A stretch of 64,000 nt of DNA from NCBI GenBank assembly GCA_963754315.1, contig CAVWFS010000019.1, positions 192,001 through 256,000 of the forward strand, given 5' to 3'. The translations under genes were made by a program, and so were the position numbers. The stretch is from an uncultured Candidatus Rokubacteria bacterium. Its GTDB lineage: Bacteria; Methylomirabilota; Methylomirabilia; Rokubacteriales; CSP1-6. Positions 8,498-19,333 of this stretch are shown piece after piece (within the stretch, counting starts at the first letter, position 1; every line of letters begins with the position of its first letter). The notes beneath the pieces are model-generated. The model did no database searches. It had not been told where the DNA came from and was given only the letters and a program-made list of their open reading frames with translations.

Positions 8498-10918
8498 ATG
8501 GCCACGCCAGCGTATCCCCTGCTGGGCGAGGCCCTCTCTCACGCGGCGAGGGCACCGGCTGCCACTGGCTTCGTGAGCTGGATCACCACCGTCGACCACA
8601 AGCGCATCGGCATCCTGTACGGGGTCACCGCGTTTTTCTTTCTCCTCGTGGGCGGGTTGGAGGCGCTCGTGATCCGCCTGCAGCTGGCGTGGCCCGGCAA
8701 CACCTTGGTGAGCGCCGACTTCTACAACGCGCTGTTCACCATGCACGGCACCACCATGGTGTTTCTCGCCGTCATGCCGTTGAACGCCGCCTTCTTCAAC
8801 TACCTCATCCCGCTCCAGCTCGGCGCCCGGGACGTGGCCTTTCCCCGCCTGAACGCGCTTTCGTACTGGATCTTCCTGGGGGGCGCCCTCTTCCTCAACG
8901 CGAGCTTCCTGGTGGGGACGCCGCCCGACGGTGGGTGGTTCGGGTACGTCAGCCTCACCTCGAAGCAATACTCGCCGAGCCACGCTGTCGACTTCTGGGT
9001 GCTCGGACTGCAAATCCTCGGCGCATCGTCCCTTATGGCGGGGGTGAATTTCATCGTCACCATCCTGAACATGCGCGCGCCCGGCATGACTCTCATGCGG
9101 ATGCCGGTGTTCGTGTGGATGAGCCTGGTCGTCCAGTTCCTGGTGGTGCTGGCTTTCCCGCCCGTCACCGTGGGCCTGATCTTCCTCATGTTCGATCGCT
9201 TCTTCGGAACCCACTTCTACGACGTGGCGGCGGGAGGCGACCTGCATCTATGGCAGCATCTCTTCTGGATCTTCGGCCACCCGGAGGTCTACATCCTGAT
9301 CCTGCCCGCGTTCGGCATCGTGTCTGAGGTTCTGCCGACCTTCGCGCGCAAGCCCCTCTTCGGAGCGCCGGTCGTGATCTATTCCGGCGTGCTCATCGGC
9401 TTCTTCGGCTTTGGCGTGTGGGCGCACCACATGTTCGCCTCTGGTATGGGGCCTGTGGCCGACGCGGCCTTCTCGGTGGCCACGATGCTGATTGCCATTC
9501 CGACCGGCGTGAAGATCTTCAACTGGTTGGCCACCCTGTGGGGTGGCAGCATCCGGCCCACCACGGCGTTCCACTTCGCGGTGGGACTCATCGCCACCTT
9601 CACCATCGGCGGTCTCTCGGGCATCATGCACGCCTCTCCTCCCGTGGATCTCCAGCAGACTGACAGCTATTTCGTGGTCGCCCACTTCCACTATGTCCTG
9701 GTGGGAGGCAGCCTCCTCGGTATCTTTGCCGGGCTCTTTTACTGGTGGCCCAAGGTGACGGGCCGCCTGCTCCACGAGGGTCTTGGCAAGCTCGCCTTCT
9801 GGACGATGTTCATCGGGCTTAACGTGGCCTTCTTTCCCCAGCACTATCTCGGCGCCATCGGGATGCCGCGGCGCATCTACACCTATCCACCCGATGCCGG
9901 ATGGTCATTCTGGAACCTGATCTCGACCATCGGCGCCTTCCTGCTCGGCCTCGGCGTTCTCCTGTTCCTCGTCAATGCCGTACGCACGCTGCGAGGAGGC
10001 GAGCGGGCTTCCGCCGATCCCTGGGACGGCCGTACCCTTGAATGGCGGACCTCGTCGCCACCGCCCGTCCATGACTTCGACCAGATTCCCCCCATCTACG
10101 GGCGGGATACGTTCTGGCGCGAAAAGTATGGCGACCGGCACGGCCGCCGGCCCCGCCCCCTCGCCCACCCCCCGCAGGACGCGTTCCACATGCCGGCGCC
10201 ATCGCCATGGCCGTTCGTCACCGCGGTGGGGGTGACGGTCGCGGCCGCGGGCGCGCTCCTCAATGTGGGGGTGGTGCTCGTGGGCGCCGTCGTCGCCGTT
10301 TACGGTGGCTTTCGGTTCGCCCTCGAGCACCACGGCAATCCGGCCCATGCGCATCAGGCCGGCCTGCTCGACATCGACATGCGCAAGCTGGCCATGTGGA
10401 CCTTCATCGGCTCCGAATGCATGCTCTTCGGGACCTTGATCGCCACCTACATGGCCTATCGGGGCAAGAGCACGGTCGGCCCTCACCCTCACGAGATCCT
10501 CAACATCCCCCTCACCACCCTCAGCACCTTCGACTTGCTCATGTCGAGCTTGCTCATGGTGCTGGCCCTCGATGCCGTCCTTCGCGACAAGCGACAGCAG
10601 GCCCGGTGGTGGCTGGCCGGCACCGCGTTCTTCGGGCTCATCTTCATCGGTTTCCAGGTCTATGAGTTCACCCACTTCGTCCACCAGGGGCTCACCCTCC
10701 AGCAGAACCTGTTCGGCTCCACGTTCTACGTGCTCACCGGCTTTCATGGCGGTCACGTCAGCCTCGGGGTGGCCCTCCTCCTGACATTGCTGATCCTGGA
10801 TCTGCGAGGCAAGCTGGGCGTGGCCGATGCCCCCAAGGTGGAGGTGGTCGGCCTCTATTGGCACTTCGTTGACGTCGTGTGGATCGTGATCTTCACCCTG
10901 GTCTATCTGGTGCCCTGA
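8498..10918 (+). CDS. ctaD: Cytochrome c oxidase subunit I fused to subunit III
   Basis: TVDHKRIG, FTMHG, FGHPEVY, VWAHHMF, VAHFHYV, GMPRR, followed in frame by FIGSECMLFG, FYVLTGFHGGHV, LYWHFVDVVW. Confidence 0.95.
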   Translation: MATPAYPLLGEALSHAARAPAATGFVSWITTVDHKRIGILYGVTAFFFLLVGGLEALVIRLQLAWPGNTLVSADFYNALFTMHGTTMVFLAVMPLNAAFFNYLIPLQLGARDVAFPRLNALSYWIFLGGALFLNASFLVGTPPDGGWFGYVSLTSKQYSPSHAVDFWVLGLQILGASSLMAGVNFIVTILNMRAPGMTLMRMPVFVWMSLVVQFLVVLAFPPVTVGLIFLMFDRFFGTHFYDVAAGGDLHLWQHLFWIFGHPEVYILILPAFGIVSEVLPTFARKPLFGAPVVIYSGVLIGFFGFGVWAHHMFASGMGPVADAAFSVATMLIAIPTGVKIFNWLATLWGGSIRPTTAFHFAVGLIATFTIGGLSGIMHASPPVDLQQTDSYFVVAHFHYVLVGGSLLGIFAGLFYWWPKVTGRLLHEGLGKLAFWTMFIGLNVAFFPQHYLGAIGMPRRIYTYPPDAGWSFWNLISTIGAFLLGLGVLLFLVNAVRTLRGGERASADPWDGRTLEWRTSSPPPVHDFDQIPPIYGRDTFWREKYGDRHGRRPRPLAHPPQDAFHMPAPSPWPFVTAVGVTVAAAGALLNVGVVLVGAVVAVYGGFRFALEHHGNPAHAHQAGLLDIDMRKLAMWTFIGSECMLFGTLIATYMAYRGKSTVGPHPHEILNIPLTTLSTFDLLMSSLLMVLALDAVLRDKRQQARWWLAGTAFFGLIFIGFQVYEFTHFVHQGLTLQQNLFGSTFYVLTGFHGGHVSLGVALLLTLLILDLRGKLGVADAPKVEVVGLYWHFVDVVWIVIFTLVYLVP

Positions 10919-11247
10919 TGAACACCCCTCCCTCCCCTACCCCGCCTGACCAGAGCCACCCCGCCCACGCCTCGGTGTGGACGTATGTCACCATTGCCGT
11001 CATCCTTACCGTGGTGACGGCCCTGGAGTTCGCTGTCCTCTACATCCGTGCCCTCACGCCGATCCTGGTGCCGCTTCTGCTCGTGATGTCAGCGGGAAAG
11101 TTCGCGCTGGTGGTCCTGTTCTTCATGCACCTGCGCTACGACAAGCCGCTCTTGACCACGTTGTTCGCCGCGCCTCTGCTCATCGCCGTGATCATCGTGG
11201 TGGCCATGATGACCCTCTCCGATGCGTTTCTCATCTTCGAACGCTGA
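10918..11247 (+). CDS. Cytochrome c oxidase subunit IV family protein
   Basis: Three TM segments, KFALVVLFFMHLRYD motif; ATG overlaps the upstream TGA. Confidence 0.88.
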   Translation: MNTPPSPTPPDQSHPAHASVWTYVTIAVILTVVTALEFAVLYIRALTPILVPLLLVMSAGKFALVVLFFMHLRYDKPLLTTLFAAPLLIAVIIVVAMMTLSDAFLIFER

Positions 11248-11253
11248 CGCTCG

Positions 11254-12051
11254 GTGGGCGAGTCGACGCCGGCGGTGCCCCTCTCCTGGCTCGGCGGAGG
11301 AGTCCACGTTGATGTCCTGGCTGGGGTGGCGCTACTCGGCGTGGCCTACGTGTGGGCGTGGCTCCGTCACGGGGGCCGGCCGACCGGCGGTCCCTTCTTG
11401 TGCTTTTACGGGGCACTCTTCACCCTCGTGGTGACCTTGAACGGCCCCCTCCACGACCTCAGTGATCGGCACCTCTTCAGCGCCCACATGGTGCAGCACC
11501 TGGTACTGACCCTCCTCTTTCCCCCCTTGCTGTTGGTGGGCACGCCGGCCTGGATGGCAGATGCGCTGCTCGCGCCCGTCCTTCGTCGGCCCCTGACCGG
11601 CCGCCTGGTCCGGATGCTCACGCGCCCCCTGCCGGCCCTCGGCATTTACGCGGCCGCCCTCATTCTCTGGCACCTGCCAGTCGTCTACGACGCGGCGCTG
11701 CGCCTGCACGCGTGGCACATCGTCCAGCACCTGACCCTCATGGGGAGCGCGGTGCTCGCCTGGTGGCCGGTACTTTCACCATCCACCCTGATCCCGCGCG
11801 TGCACTATGGGGCCCAGATCCTCTACCTGTTCGCATTCGGCATGCCGATGACGGTGGTGGCCGCCATGATCACCGGCGCCGAGACATTGCTCTACACGGC
11901 CTATACCGAGGTCCCTCGAGTCTTCGGCCTTTCGCCGCTGACCGACCAGCGGCTGGGAGGGGTTCTGATGTGGGTCCCGGCCGGGCTCGTCCCCCTCTTG
12001 GCCTTCACCGCCGTCTTCTTCCGTTGGGCGGCCGCGGAGGCCGATTCGTAG
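11254..12051 (+). CDS. ctaG: caa3 oxidase assembly factor CtaG family
   Basis: LFSAHMVQH, LWHLP, HIVQH, DQRLGGVLMWVPAG. Confidence 0.88.
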   Translation: MGESTPAVPLSWLGGGVHVDVLAGVALLGVAYVWAWLRHGGRPTGGPFLCFYGALFTLVVTLNGPLHDLSDRHLFSAHMVQHLVLTLLFPPLLLVGTPAWMADALLAPVLRRPLTGRLVRMLTRPLPALGIYAAALILWHLPVVYDAALRLHAWHIVQHLTLMGSAVLAWWPVLSPSTLIPRVHYGAQILYLFAFGMPMTVVAAMITGAETLLYTAYTEVPRVFGLSPLTDQRLGGVLMWVPAGLVPLLAFTAVFFRWAAAEADS

Positions 12052-12099
12052 CGGGAGACCGGCGAGGACCGCGGCGGCCCTCTGCTATCATGACCCGAC

Positions 12100-13410
12100 A
12101 TGAACATTTGCGTGGTGGGTACCGGATACGTCGGACTGGTGACGGGCGCGGTTTTTGCCGATCTGGGCAACGACGTCACGTGCGTCGACAACCAGAGTGA
12201 CAAGATCGACAGCCTACGGGCCGGGCAGATGCCGCTCTACGAGCCCGGTCTGGAAGAGATGGTCGCTCGCAACGTGGCCGACGGACGGCTCAGCTTCACC
12301 ACCGACCTCCCTCCGACCGTGCGTCGGTCCGACATCGTGTTCATCACGGTGGGGACTCCGACCGGCGACGGCGGCAAGACCGACCTCGGAGCCGTGGAAG
12401 CGGTGGCCCGCACGATTGGTCAGGCCATGGACCACTACCTGGTGGTGGTCAACAAGTCGACCGTCCCCGTCGGGACCGGGAACTTCGTGCGTGAAGTGAT
12501 CGAGCGGCACCAGACGGCTCCCATCCCCTTCGACGTCGTCTCCAACCCGGAGTTCCTGCGTGAAGGATCGGCCATCGAGGACACCTTGCGGCCGGATCGT
12601 ATCGTCATCGGCGCCCCCTCCCAGCAGGTGGCCATGACCCTGCTCGAGCTGTACGCTCCCCTCGAGCGCCCCATGATCATCACGGACGTGCCCTCGGCAG
12701 AGATGATCAAGTACGCCTCGAATGCGTTCCTCGCTACCAAGATCTCCTTCGCGAACGCCATCGCCAATCTGTGCGAGCTGGCGGGGGCCGACGTGGCGCA
12801 GGTGACCAAGGGTATGGGGCTCGATGCTCGGATCGGCCACTCGTTCCTGGCCGCAGGACTCGGCTACGGAGGGAGCTGCTTCCCCAAGGACACCGACTCA
12901 CTCATCCACACCGCGTCTACGCTGGGTTACGAGTTCAGCCTGCTGCGGGCGGTGGTGGACATCAACCGTGAGCGAGCCGGCCACTTCGTCGGCATGATCG
13001 AGAAAGCCATGTCGCCCCTGGACGGTAAGATCATCGCGGTGCTGGGGGTGGCATTCAAGCCGAACACCGACGACATGCGCGAGGCCAAGAGCGTCGAGGT
13101 GGTCTCCCAGCTGGCCGCCCACGGCGCCACCGTGCGGGCCTATGACCCGGTGGCCCTCGACAACGCACGGGCCGTGTTCCCGTCCTCGGCGATCTACTGC
13201 GACTCGCTCTACGAGGCCGCCACCGGGGCCGATGCCCTCGCCCTCGTCACCGAGTGGAACGAATTCAAGTTCCTGAATCTCGAGCGGGTGCGCAACGCCA
13301 TGCGGCATCCCGTCATCTTCGACGGGCGCAACCTCTGGGAACCGGAGCGGATGCGCCGGCTCGGCTTCGAGTACCACTCCGTCGGCCGCAAGCCCGTCCT
13401 GCCGGCCTGA
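12100..13410 (+). CDS. ugd: UDP-glucose 6-dehydrogenase
   Basis: GTGYVGL, KSTVPVGT, SNPEFLREG, GYGGSCFPKD, AFKPNTDDMRE. Confidence 0.95.
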   Translation: MNICVVGTGYVGLVTGAVFADLGNDVTCVDNQSDKIDSLRAGQMPLYEPGLEEMVARNVADGRLSFTTDLPPTVRRSDIVFITVGTPTGDGGKTDLGAVEAVARTIGQAMDHYLVVVNKSTVPVGTGNFVREVIERHQTAPIPFDVVSNPEFLREGSAIEDTLRPDRIVIGAPSQQVAMTLLELYAPLERPMIITDVPSAEMIKYASNAFLATKISFANAIANLCELAGADVAQVTKGMGLDARIGHSFLAAGLGYGGSCFPKDTDSLIHTASTLGYEFSLLRAVVDINRERAGHFVGMIEKAMSPLDGKIIAVLGVAFKPNTDDMREAKSVEVVSQLAAHGATVRAYDPVALDNARAVFPSSAIYCDSLYEAATGADALALVTEWNEFKFLNLERVRNAMRHPVIFDGRNLWEPERMRRLGFEYHSVGRKPVLPA

Positions 13411-13416
13411 TCGCGC

Positions 13417-14370
13417 GTGCGCATTCTCGTCACGGGCGGAGCGGGCTTCATCGGCTCCCACCTCTGCGAGTTCCTGCTGGCCCAGGGGACCGACGTGGTC
13501 TGCATGGACAACTTCATCACCGGATCACGCGAGAACATCGCCGGTTTTGGCGCCTCCCCTCGCTTCACTCTCGTCGAGCACAACGTGAGCCAGTACATCG
13601 AGCTCGACGGGCCTCTTGACTGGATCCTGCACTTCGCCAGCCCGGCCTCCCCCCGCGACTACCTGGAGCATCCCATCCCAACGCTCAAGGTCGGCGCCCT
13701 TGGCACCCACAACGCGCTGGGACTGGCCAAGGCTACAGGCGCGGGCTTCCTCCTGGCCTCCACCTCCGAAGTCTACGGCGATCCTCTGGTTCACCCTCAG
13801 CCCGAGGACTACTGGGGCAACGTCAACCCGGTAGGGCCGCGCGGCGTCTACGACGAGGCCAAGCGTTTCGCGGAGGCCATGACAATGGCCTATCATCGCC
13901 ATCACCGCATCGATACTCGAATCGTCCGAATCTTCAACACGTACGGGCCCCGCATGCGGTTCAACGACGGGCGGGCGATCCCGGCCTTCATGACGCAGGC
14001 GCTCGCCCACGAGCCGGTGACCGTGTTCGGAGAGGGCACCCAGACGCGGTCCTTTCAGTACATCACCGACCTCATCGACGGCATCTGGCGTCTCATGCGA
14101 AGCCAAGTGACTACGCCCGTCAACATCGGCAATCCGTACGAGATGACCTTGCTGGAACTGGCCAAGCGCATCATCCGGCTCGCCGGCTCCCCGAGCGAGA
14201 TCGTGTTTCGCCCTCTTCCCGAGGACGATCCGAAGGTGCGACAGCCCGACATCACCCGCGCTCGCACCGCGCTCGGTTGGGAGCCTCAGGTCGACGTCGA
14301 CGAGGGACTTCGGCTCACGCTCGAGTGGTTTCGCGCCCGCCATGAAAGGGGAACCCATGATCGACGATGA
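13417..14370 (+). CDS. UDP-glucuronate decarboxylase (UXS-like SDR)
   Basis: [59 protein letters not shown]. Confidence 0.92.
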   Translation: MRILVTGGAGFIGSHLCEFLLAQGTDVVCMDNFITGSRENIAGFGASPRFTLVEHNVSQYIELDGPLDWILHFASPASPRDYLEHPIPTLKVGALGTHNALGLAKATGAGFLLASTSEVYGDPLVHPQPEDYWGNVNPVGPRGVYDEAKRFAEAMTMAYHRHHRIDTRIVRIFNTYGPRMRFNDGRAIPAFMTQALAHEPVTVFGEGTQTRSFQYITDLIDGIWRLMRSQVTTPVNIGNPYEMTLLELAKRIIRLAGSPSEIVFRPLPEDDPKVRQPDITRARTALGWEPQVDVDEGLRLTLEWFRARHERGTHDRR

Positions 14371-14527
14371 ACTGAAGGCGATCCTCGTGTGTCCGGCCTG
14401 CAAGGGCGACCTCCTGTTCGAGGAAACCCGCATCATCTGCCGCGCCTGCGGCAAGGCGTATCCGATTCGCGACGGAATCCCGGTGATGCTCATCAGCGAA
14501 GCCCAGCCGTGGGTGCCCGGGCGCTAA
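14357..14527 (+). CDS. Trm112 family protein
   Basis: [10 protein letters not shown]...[18 protein letters not shown]. Confidence 0.88.
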   Translation: MIDDELKAILVCPACKGDLLFEETRIICRACGKAYPIRDGIPVMLISEAQPWVPGR

Positions 14528-15630
14528 CGGCTCAGGCCGTCATCCTGGCCGGCGGCCAGGGCACGCGCCTGCGCCCGCTCACCCTGAGCCGAGCCAAGCC
14601 GGTGGTGCCGCTCCTGAATCGTCCCTTCCTCGCGTACCAGATCGCGCTCCTGCGCCGCCACGGCGTGCGTGACGTGATCCTGTCATGCTCCTATCGCGTA
14701 GACGACGTGCGAGCCGCGCTGGGCGATGCGCGTGATCTGGGCGTCACCTTGCGTTACGTGATCGAGGACGAGCCCCTCGGCACGGGCGGGGGTGTCCGCA
14801 ACGCGGCCGATCTCACCCGTGGGACCATCTTCGTCCTCAACGGGGACGTCCTCACCGATGCCGACCTCACGGCCATGCGTCTCTTTCACGAGGAACGCGG
14901 CTCTCGGGTCACCATCTTCTTGACCCCCGTGGACGACCCTCGGGCCTATGGTCTGGTGGAAACAGACGCGCACGGACAGCTCGTGCGCTTCCGCGAGAAG
15001 CCGGGACCGGAGGAAACGATCTCCACCAACATGATCAACGCCGGCATCTATCTCATCGACGCCGCCCTCCTCGAACGGATACCGTCGGGCCGGCCGGTGT
15101 CGATCGAGCGCGAGTTCTTCCCGGCCGCTATCGCCGACGGCATTGCCAGCTTCGGCTGGAGCGCGCCCGCCTACTGGCGCGACATTGGGAATCCCTCTGC
15201 CTATCGGGCGGCCCAGGTCGACCTTCTCGATGGGCGAGTCAAGACCACGCTCAGCCCCGCCGGTCAGCTCCACCAGGGCAGCTGGGTCGTTTCGCCGGCG
15301 ACAGTGACGGAAGCGCGGATCGAGGCGCCCTCGGTGGTGGGCCGCGGCGTGCGCGTGGCGAAGAGCGCCCACGTCGGCCCCCATGCCGTCATCGGGCCCG
15401 GCTCGACCATCGGGGCGGGGGCCCGCGTGCGAAACGCTGTTCTGTGGGAGCGCGTGCACGTCGGCGACGGGGCTGTCGTGCGGGACTGCGTGGTGGGCGC
15501 CGATGCCCACATCGGCGCCCAAGCCACGCTTGGCGGGGATGCCGTCCTCGAATCCGGTGCCGTCGTCGCGGATGGTGCGCAATGCTGGGGCGGCGCCGCG
15601 CGCGCCGGACCACCGCATCCCCCATGCTAG
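14509..15630 (+). CDS. NDP-sugar pyrophosphorylase (mannose-1-phosphate guanylyltransferase-like)
   Basis: [38 protein letters not shown], hexapeptide-repeat C-terminus; start uncertain. Confidence 0.87.
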   Translation: MGARALTAQAVILAGGQGTRLRPLTLSRAKPVVPLLNRPFLAYQIALLRRHGVRDVILSCSYRVDDVRAALGDARDLGVTLRYVIEDEPLGTGGGVRNAADLTRGTIFVLNGDVLTDADLTAMRLFHEERGSRVTIFLTPVDDPRAYGLVETDAHGQLVRFREKPGPEETISTNMINAGIYLIDAALLERIPSGRPVSIEREFFPAAIADGIASFGWSAPAYWRDIGNPSAYRAAQVDLLDGRVKTTLSPAGQLHQGSWVVSPATVTEARIEAPSVVGRGVRVAKSAHVGPHAVIGPGSTIGAGARVRNAVLWERVHVGDGAVVRDCVVGADAHIGAQATLGGDAVLESGAVVADGAQCWGGAARAGPPHPPC

Positions 15631-15640
15631 ACTGAACGCA

Positions 15641-17432
15641 ATGGCCCTCGCCCGCATTCGAAACTTTTCCGTCGTCGCCCACATCGACCACGGGAAATCC
15701 ACTCTGGCCGATCGGCTCCTCGCCCTGACCGGGACCATGGATGCCAAGAAGGCGGTTGATCAGGTCCTGGACTCGATGGATCTCGAGCGGGAGCGCGGCA
15801 TCACCATCAAGGCCCACACGGTGCGGTTACTCTATCGGGCCAGCGACGGCCACCAGTACACACTCAATCTCATCGATACTCCGGGCCACGTCGACTTCTC
15901 ATACGAGGTATCGCGGGCCCTGGCCGCCTGCGAGGGCGCTCTTCTCATCATTGATGCCGCCCAGGGTATCGAGGCGCAGACGCTCGCCAACTACTATCTC
16001 GCTCGCGACGCCAATCTGACCATCATCCCCGTGCTCAACAAGATCGACCTGCCCGCCGCCGACGTGGAAGGAACCCGCACTCAGATCACCGAGATGCTCG
16101 ACCTCGACGGCGACGATGCCTTGGCCATCTCGGCCAAGCATGGAACGGGCGTTCCCGAGGTGCTGGAGGCTATCGTGTCCCGCATCCCGCCCCCTGCCGG
16201 CGATCTGGAGGCGCCCCTCAAGGCCCTCGTCTTCGACTCGTTCTACGATTCGTATCAAGGCGTCGTCATCTACGTGCGGCTGGTGGACGGGCGCGTGAGG
16301 GTGGGGACCCGTATCCTGCTCATGTCCAACGGCCGCGCCTACGATGTGCAACAGGTGGGAGTCTTCTCGCCCGATATGCGTCCGGTGGACGAGCTGTCGG
16401 CGGGGCAGGTCGGCTACCTGACGGCGTCCATTAAGCGTGTCGCCGATGCCAAGGTGGGCGAGACCATCACCGAGGCCCTCCGTCCCACGGCAACACCCTT
16501 TCCGGGCTACCGTGACGCCAAACCCATGGTCTTCGCCGGTCTCTATCCCATCGAGGACAGCGACTACGAGGGGCTGCGCGACGCCCTCGAGAAGCTGCGC
16601 CTGAATGACCCGGCCTTTACCTTCGAGCCGGAGACCTCCCTTGCTCTCGGCTACGGTTTTCGCTGTGGTTTCCTCGGTATGCTCCATCTCGAGATCGTGC
16701 AGGAGCGCCTGGAACGGGAGTTCACCCTCTCGCTGATCGTGACCGCCCCCAGCGTGGAGTACCGCGTGCTCACCACGGCCGGGGAGGTGCTCGACATCGA
16801 GAATCCGTCCAAGCTCCCCACTCCGGACAGGATCGAGCTGATGGAAGAGCCGTACGTCAGCGCCTCGGTCTTCGTACCCACCGAATACATGACCGATCAT
16901 CTACAAGCTGGCCCAGGACAAGCGCGGAGAGCACAAATCCCTTGAGTATCTGGGCAAGCGCGTGCACATCCGATTCGAGTTTCCCCTGGCGGAGATCGTG
17001 GTCGACTTTTACGACAAGCTAAAATCCGTCTCCAAGGGCTACGCGTCCTTCGACTACGAGTTCGCCGATTTTCGTCCCTCCGACCTGGTCAAGCTCGACA
17101 TCCTGCTCAATGGCGACCCCGTGGACGCGCTGAGCTGCATCGTCCACCGCGACAAGGCCTACGAGCGCGGCAAGGCGTTGGTGGAGAAGTTGCGCACGGT
17201 GATTCCTCGGCAGCTGTTCGAGGTGGCCATCCAGGCCGCGGTGGGCAGCCGCGTCATCGCCCGCGAAACGGTCAAGGCTATGGGCAAGAACGTCACCGCC
17301 AAGTGCTATGGCGGCGACATCACACGCAAGCGCAAGCTGCTCGAGCGTCAGAAGGAAGGCAAGAAGCGGATGAAGCAGGTCGGAAAGGTCGAGGTCCCCC
17401 AGGAGGCGTTTCTGTCGGTGCTCAAGAGTTGA
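15641..17432 (+). CDS. lepA: Elongation factor 4 (LepA), frameshifted at ~16894
   Basis: [39 protein letters not shown]; one extra base at ACC-G-ATC, then [11 protein letters not shown]...[15 protein letters not shown]. Confidence 0.95.
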
Positions 17433-17434
17433 GC

Positions 17435-18115
17435 ATGGATCTGCAGTCCGAGAAGGCCGAGAGCGTTCCTCGCCCAGCCTCCGAGGCAGCGGTCACCCCT
17501 CGCCGCAAATCTCTCGTCCGGGAGTACGTCGAGGCCATCGCCATCGCGATCCTCCTCGCGCTCGTCATCCGGACGTTCGTGGTGCAGGCGTTCACGATCC
17601 CCTCAGGGTCGATGATGGACACCCTCCTCGTGGGGGACTATATCCTGGTGAACAAGTTCCTGTTTGGCCCGGAGCTGCCCTTCACCGACCGACACCTCCC
17701 CGGGCTGCGCAATCCCCAGCGGGGCGACATCATCGTGTTCAAGTACCCACAGGACGAGAAGCGGGACTTCATCAAGCGCATCGTCGGCGTACCGGGCGAC
17801 ACGGTGCAGGTGCGTGGCACCCAGGTTTACGTCAACGGCCGGCCTCTCGACGAACCCTACGTCAAGGGCCCCCCCGCTCGCGCCCACGTGGGCACCCCCT
17901 CCTATTGTGGCTACGCTTACGCGTGTGAGCAGACGGTGGTGCCGCCCGATTCCTACTTCGTCATGGGCGACAACCGTGACAACTCTCAGGACAGCCGCTA
18001 CTGGGGTTTTGTGAAGCGTGACAAAATCAAAGGAAAGGCATTCCTCATCTACTGGTCATGGGACAGCGACAAGCACTGGCCCCGCTGGTTACGTCTGGGG
18101 AACTATATCCCCTGA
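17435..18115 (+). CDS. lepB: Signal peptidase I
   Basis: IPSGSM, RGDIIVF, FIKRIVG, MGDNRDNSQDSRYWG. Confidence 0.95.
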   Translation: MDLQSEKAESVPRPASEAAVTPRRKSLVREYVEAIAIAILLALVIRTFVVQAFTIPSGSMMDTLLVGDYILVNKFLFGPELPFTDRHLPGLRNPQRGDIIVFKYPQDEKRDFIKRIVGVPGDTVQVRGTQVYVNGRPLDEPYVKGPPARAHVGTPSYCGYAYACEQTVVPPDSYFVMGDNRDNSQDSRYWGFVKRDKIKGKAFLIYWSWDSDKHWPRWLRLGNYIP

Positions 18116-19287
18116 CGACCCCGGGACCGGCCCTCGGACCCCTGGCGGAGGCCGCTCCGGGTGCCGTTTCGCTCGGCTTCTATCTGCACGTCCCTTTCTG
18201 CTCTGCGCGCTGCCACTACTGCTCGTTCAACACGGCCGCCCTCGACCGCGCCGCCATGGCCCGCTACCTCGGCGCCCTTGCCCAAGAGATCGATCTGTTG
18301 GCCGAGGCGCCGTGGGCAGACGATGTCCAGATCGACACCATCTTCTTCGGGGGAGGGACACCCTCCCTGCTGGCCGTCGAGGAGATGGCGGCCATCATGG
18401 CTCGTCTCCGGCGATCTTTCCGGGTCAATCTCGCCGCCGAGGTCACCGTCGAGTGCAACCCGGAGAGCGTGGAGGTCGGAAAGCTCGCCGCTTACCGCCA
18501 AGCGGGCGTCAACCGGATCAGTCTGGGCGTTCAATCGCTGGACGATGCGATGCTCGAGCGTCTTGGGCGTCTGCACTCCGCCCATGGCGCGCGCCGAGCT
18601 TACGACGCCACGCGGCAGGCCGGCTTCGACAACGTCAGCATCGATCTCATGTATGGACTTCCTGGGCTCGAGGTCGATCGCTGGACGCAGGTCGTGCAAA
18701 CGATCCTCGAGTGGGCGCCGGAGCATCTCTCTGCCTACGGACTGACCCTCGACGAGGGAAGTCGATGGGGCGCCCAGGGAGTGGCGGGTCTTCCGCCCGA
18801 GGAAACTGTGGTAGCCCAGTACTGGGCGCTGGCGAAGGCGGCCGCCGCTCACGGATACGAGCACTACGAGATCTCCAACTACGCGCGGCCGGGCTTTCGC
18901 GCCCGGCACAATCTCGTGTACTGGCGCGCGGCCGAGTACCTCGCGGCCGGACCCGGCGGGTGCGGCTTCGTCGGTGACATTCGCTACGCCAATGCAAAAC
19001 CGGTGGCACGCTACTGCAGCGCGCTCGAGTCGCGGCGGTTGCCTATCGAGTCCTCCGAGCGCTTGACCTCGCGCCAGCGGCTGGCCGAGCGGTTGATACT
19101 GGGACTGCGCACCTCCGACGGTATACCGGCCGAGTGGTTGAAGGCACGCGCGCAGGGCGATCGTGCGCTCGAGCGCCGCCTACAAGATTGGCAATCAGCG
19201 CGCCTCATCCTCGACGTGGGTGATCGCGTCCGCCTCAGCGAATCCGCCTTCCTCCTCTCCGACGCCCTCTTCACAGAACTCCTATGA
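18058..19287 (+). CDS. hemW: Radical SAM heme chaperone HemW
   Basis: YLHVPFCSARCHYCSF, GGGTPS, RISLGVQS, YEISNYA, HNLVYW; true start probably near 18112. Confidence 0.9.
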   Translation: MGQRQALAPLVTSGELYPLTTPGPALGPLAEAAPGAVSLGFYLHVPFCSARCHYCSFNTAALDRAAMARYLGALAQEIDLLAEAPWADDVQIDTIFFGGGTPSLLAVEEMAAIMARLRRSFRVNLAAEVTVECNPESVEVGKLAAYRQAGVNRISLGVQSLDDAMLERLGRLHSAHGARRAYDATRQAGFDNVSIDLMYGLPGLEVDRWTQVVQTILEWAPEHLSAYGLTLDEGSRWGAQGVAGLPPEETVVAQYWALAKAAAAHGYEHYEISNYARPGFRARHNLVYWRAAEYLAAGPGGCGFVGDIRYANAKPVARYCSALESRRLPIESSERLTSRQRLAERLILGLRTSDGIPAEWLKARAQGDRALERRLQDWQSARLILDVGDRVRLSESAFLLSDALFTELL

Positions 19288-19333
19288 GCATGCCGCCCCA
19301 TCCCGCCTCGCCCTCACCCACCCAACCCCGCAG

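Noticed and set aside
16885..16965. Programmed frameshift or split lepA
   Set aside because: No slippery heptamer seen; same +1 pattern as other scattered indels.
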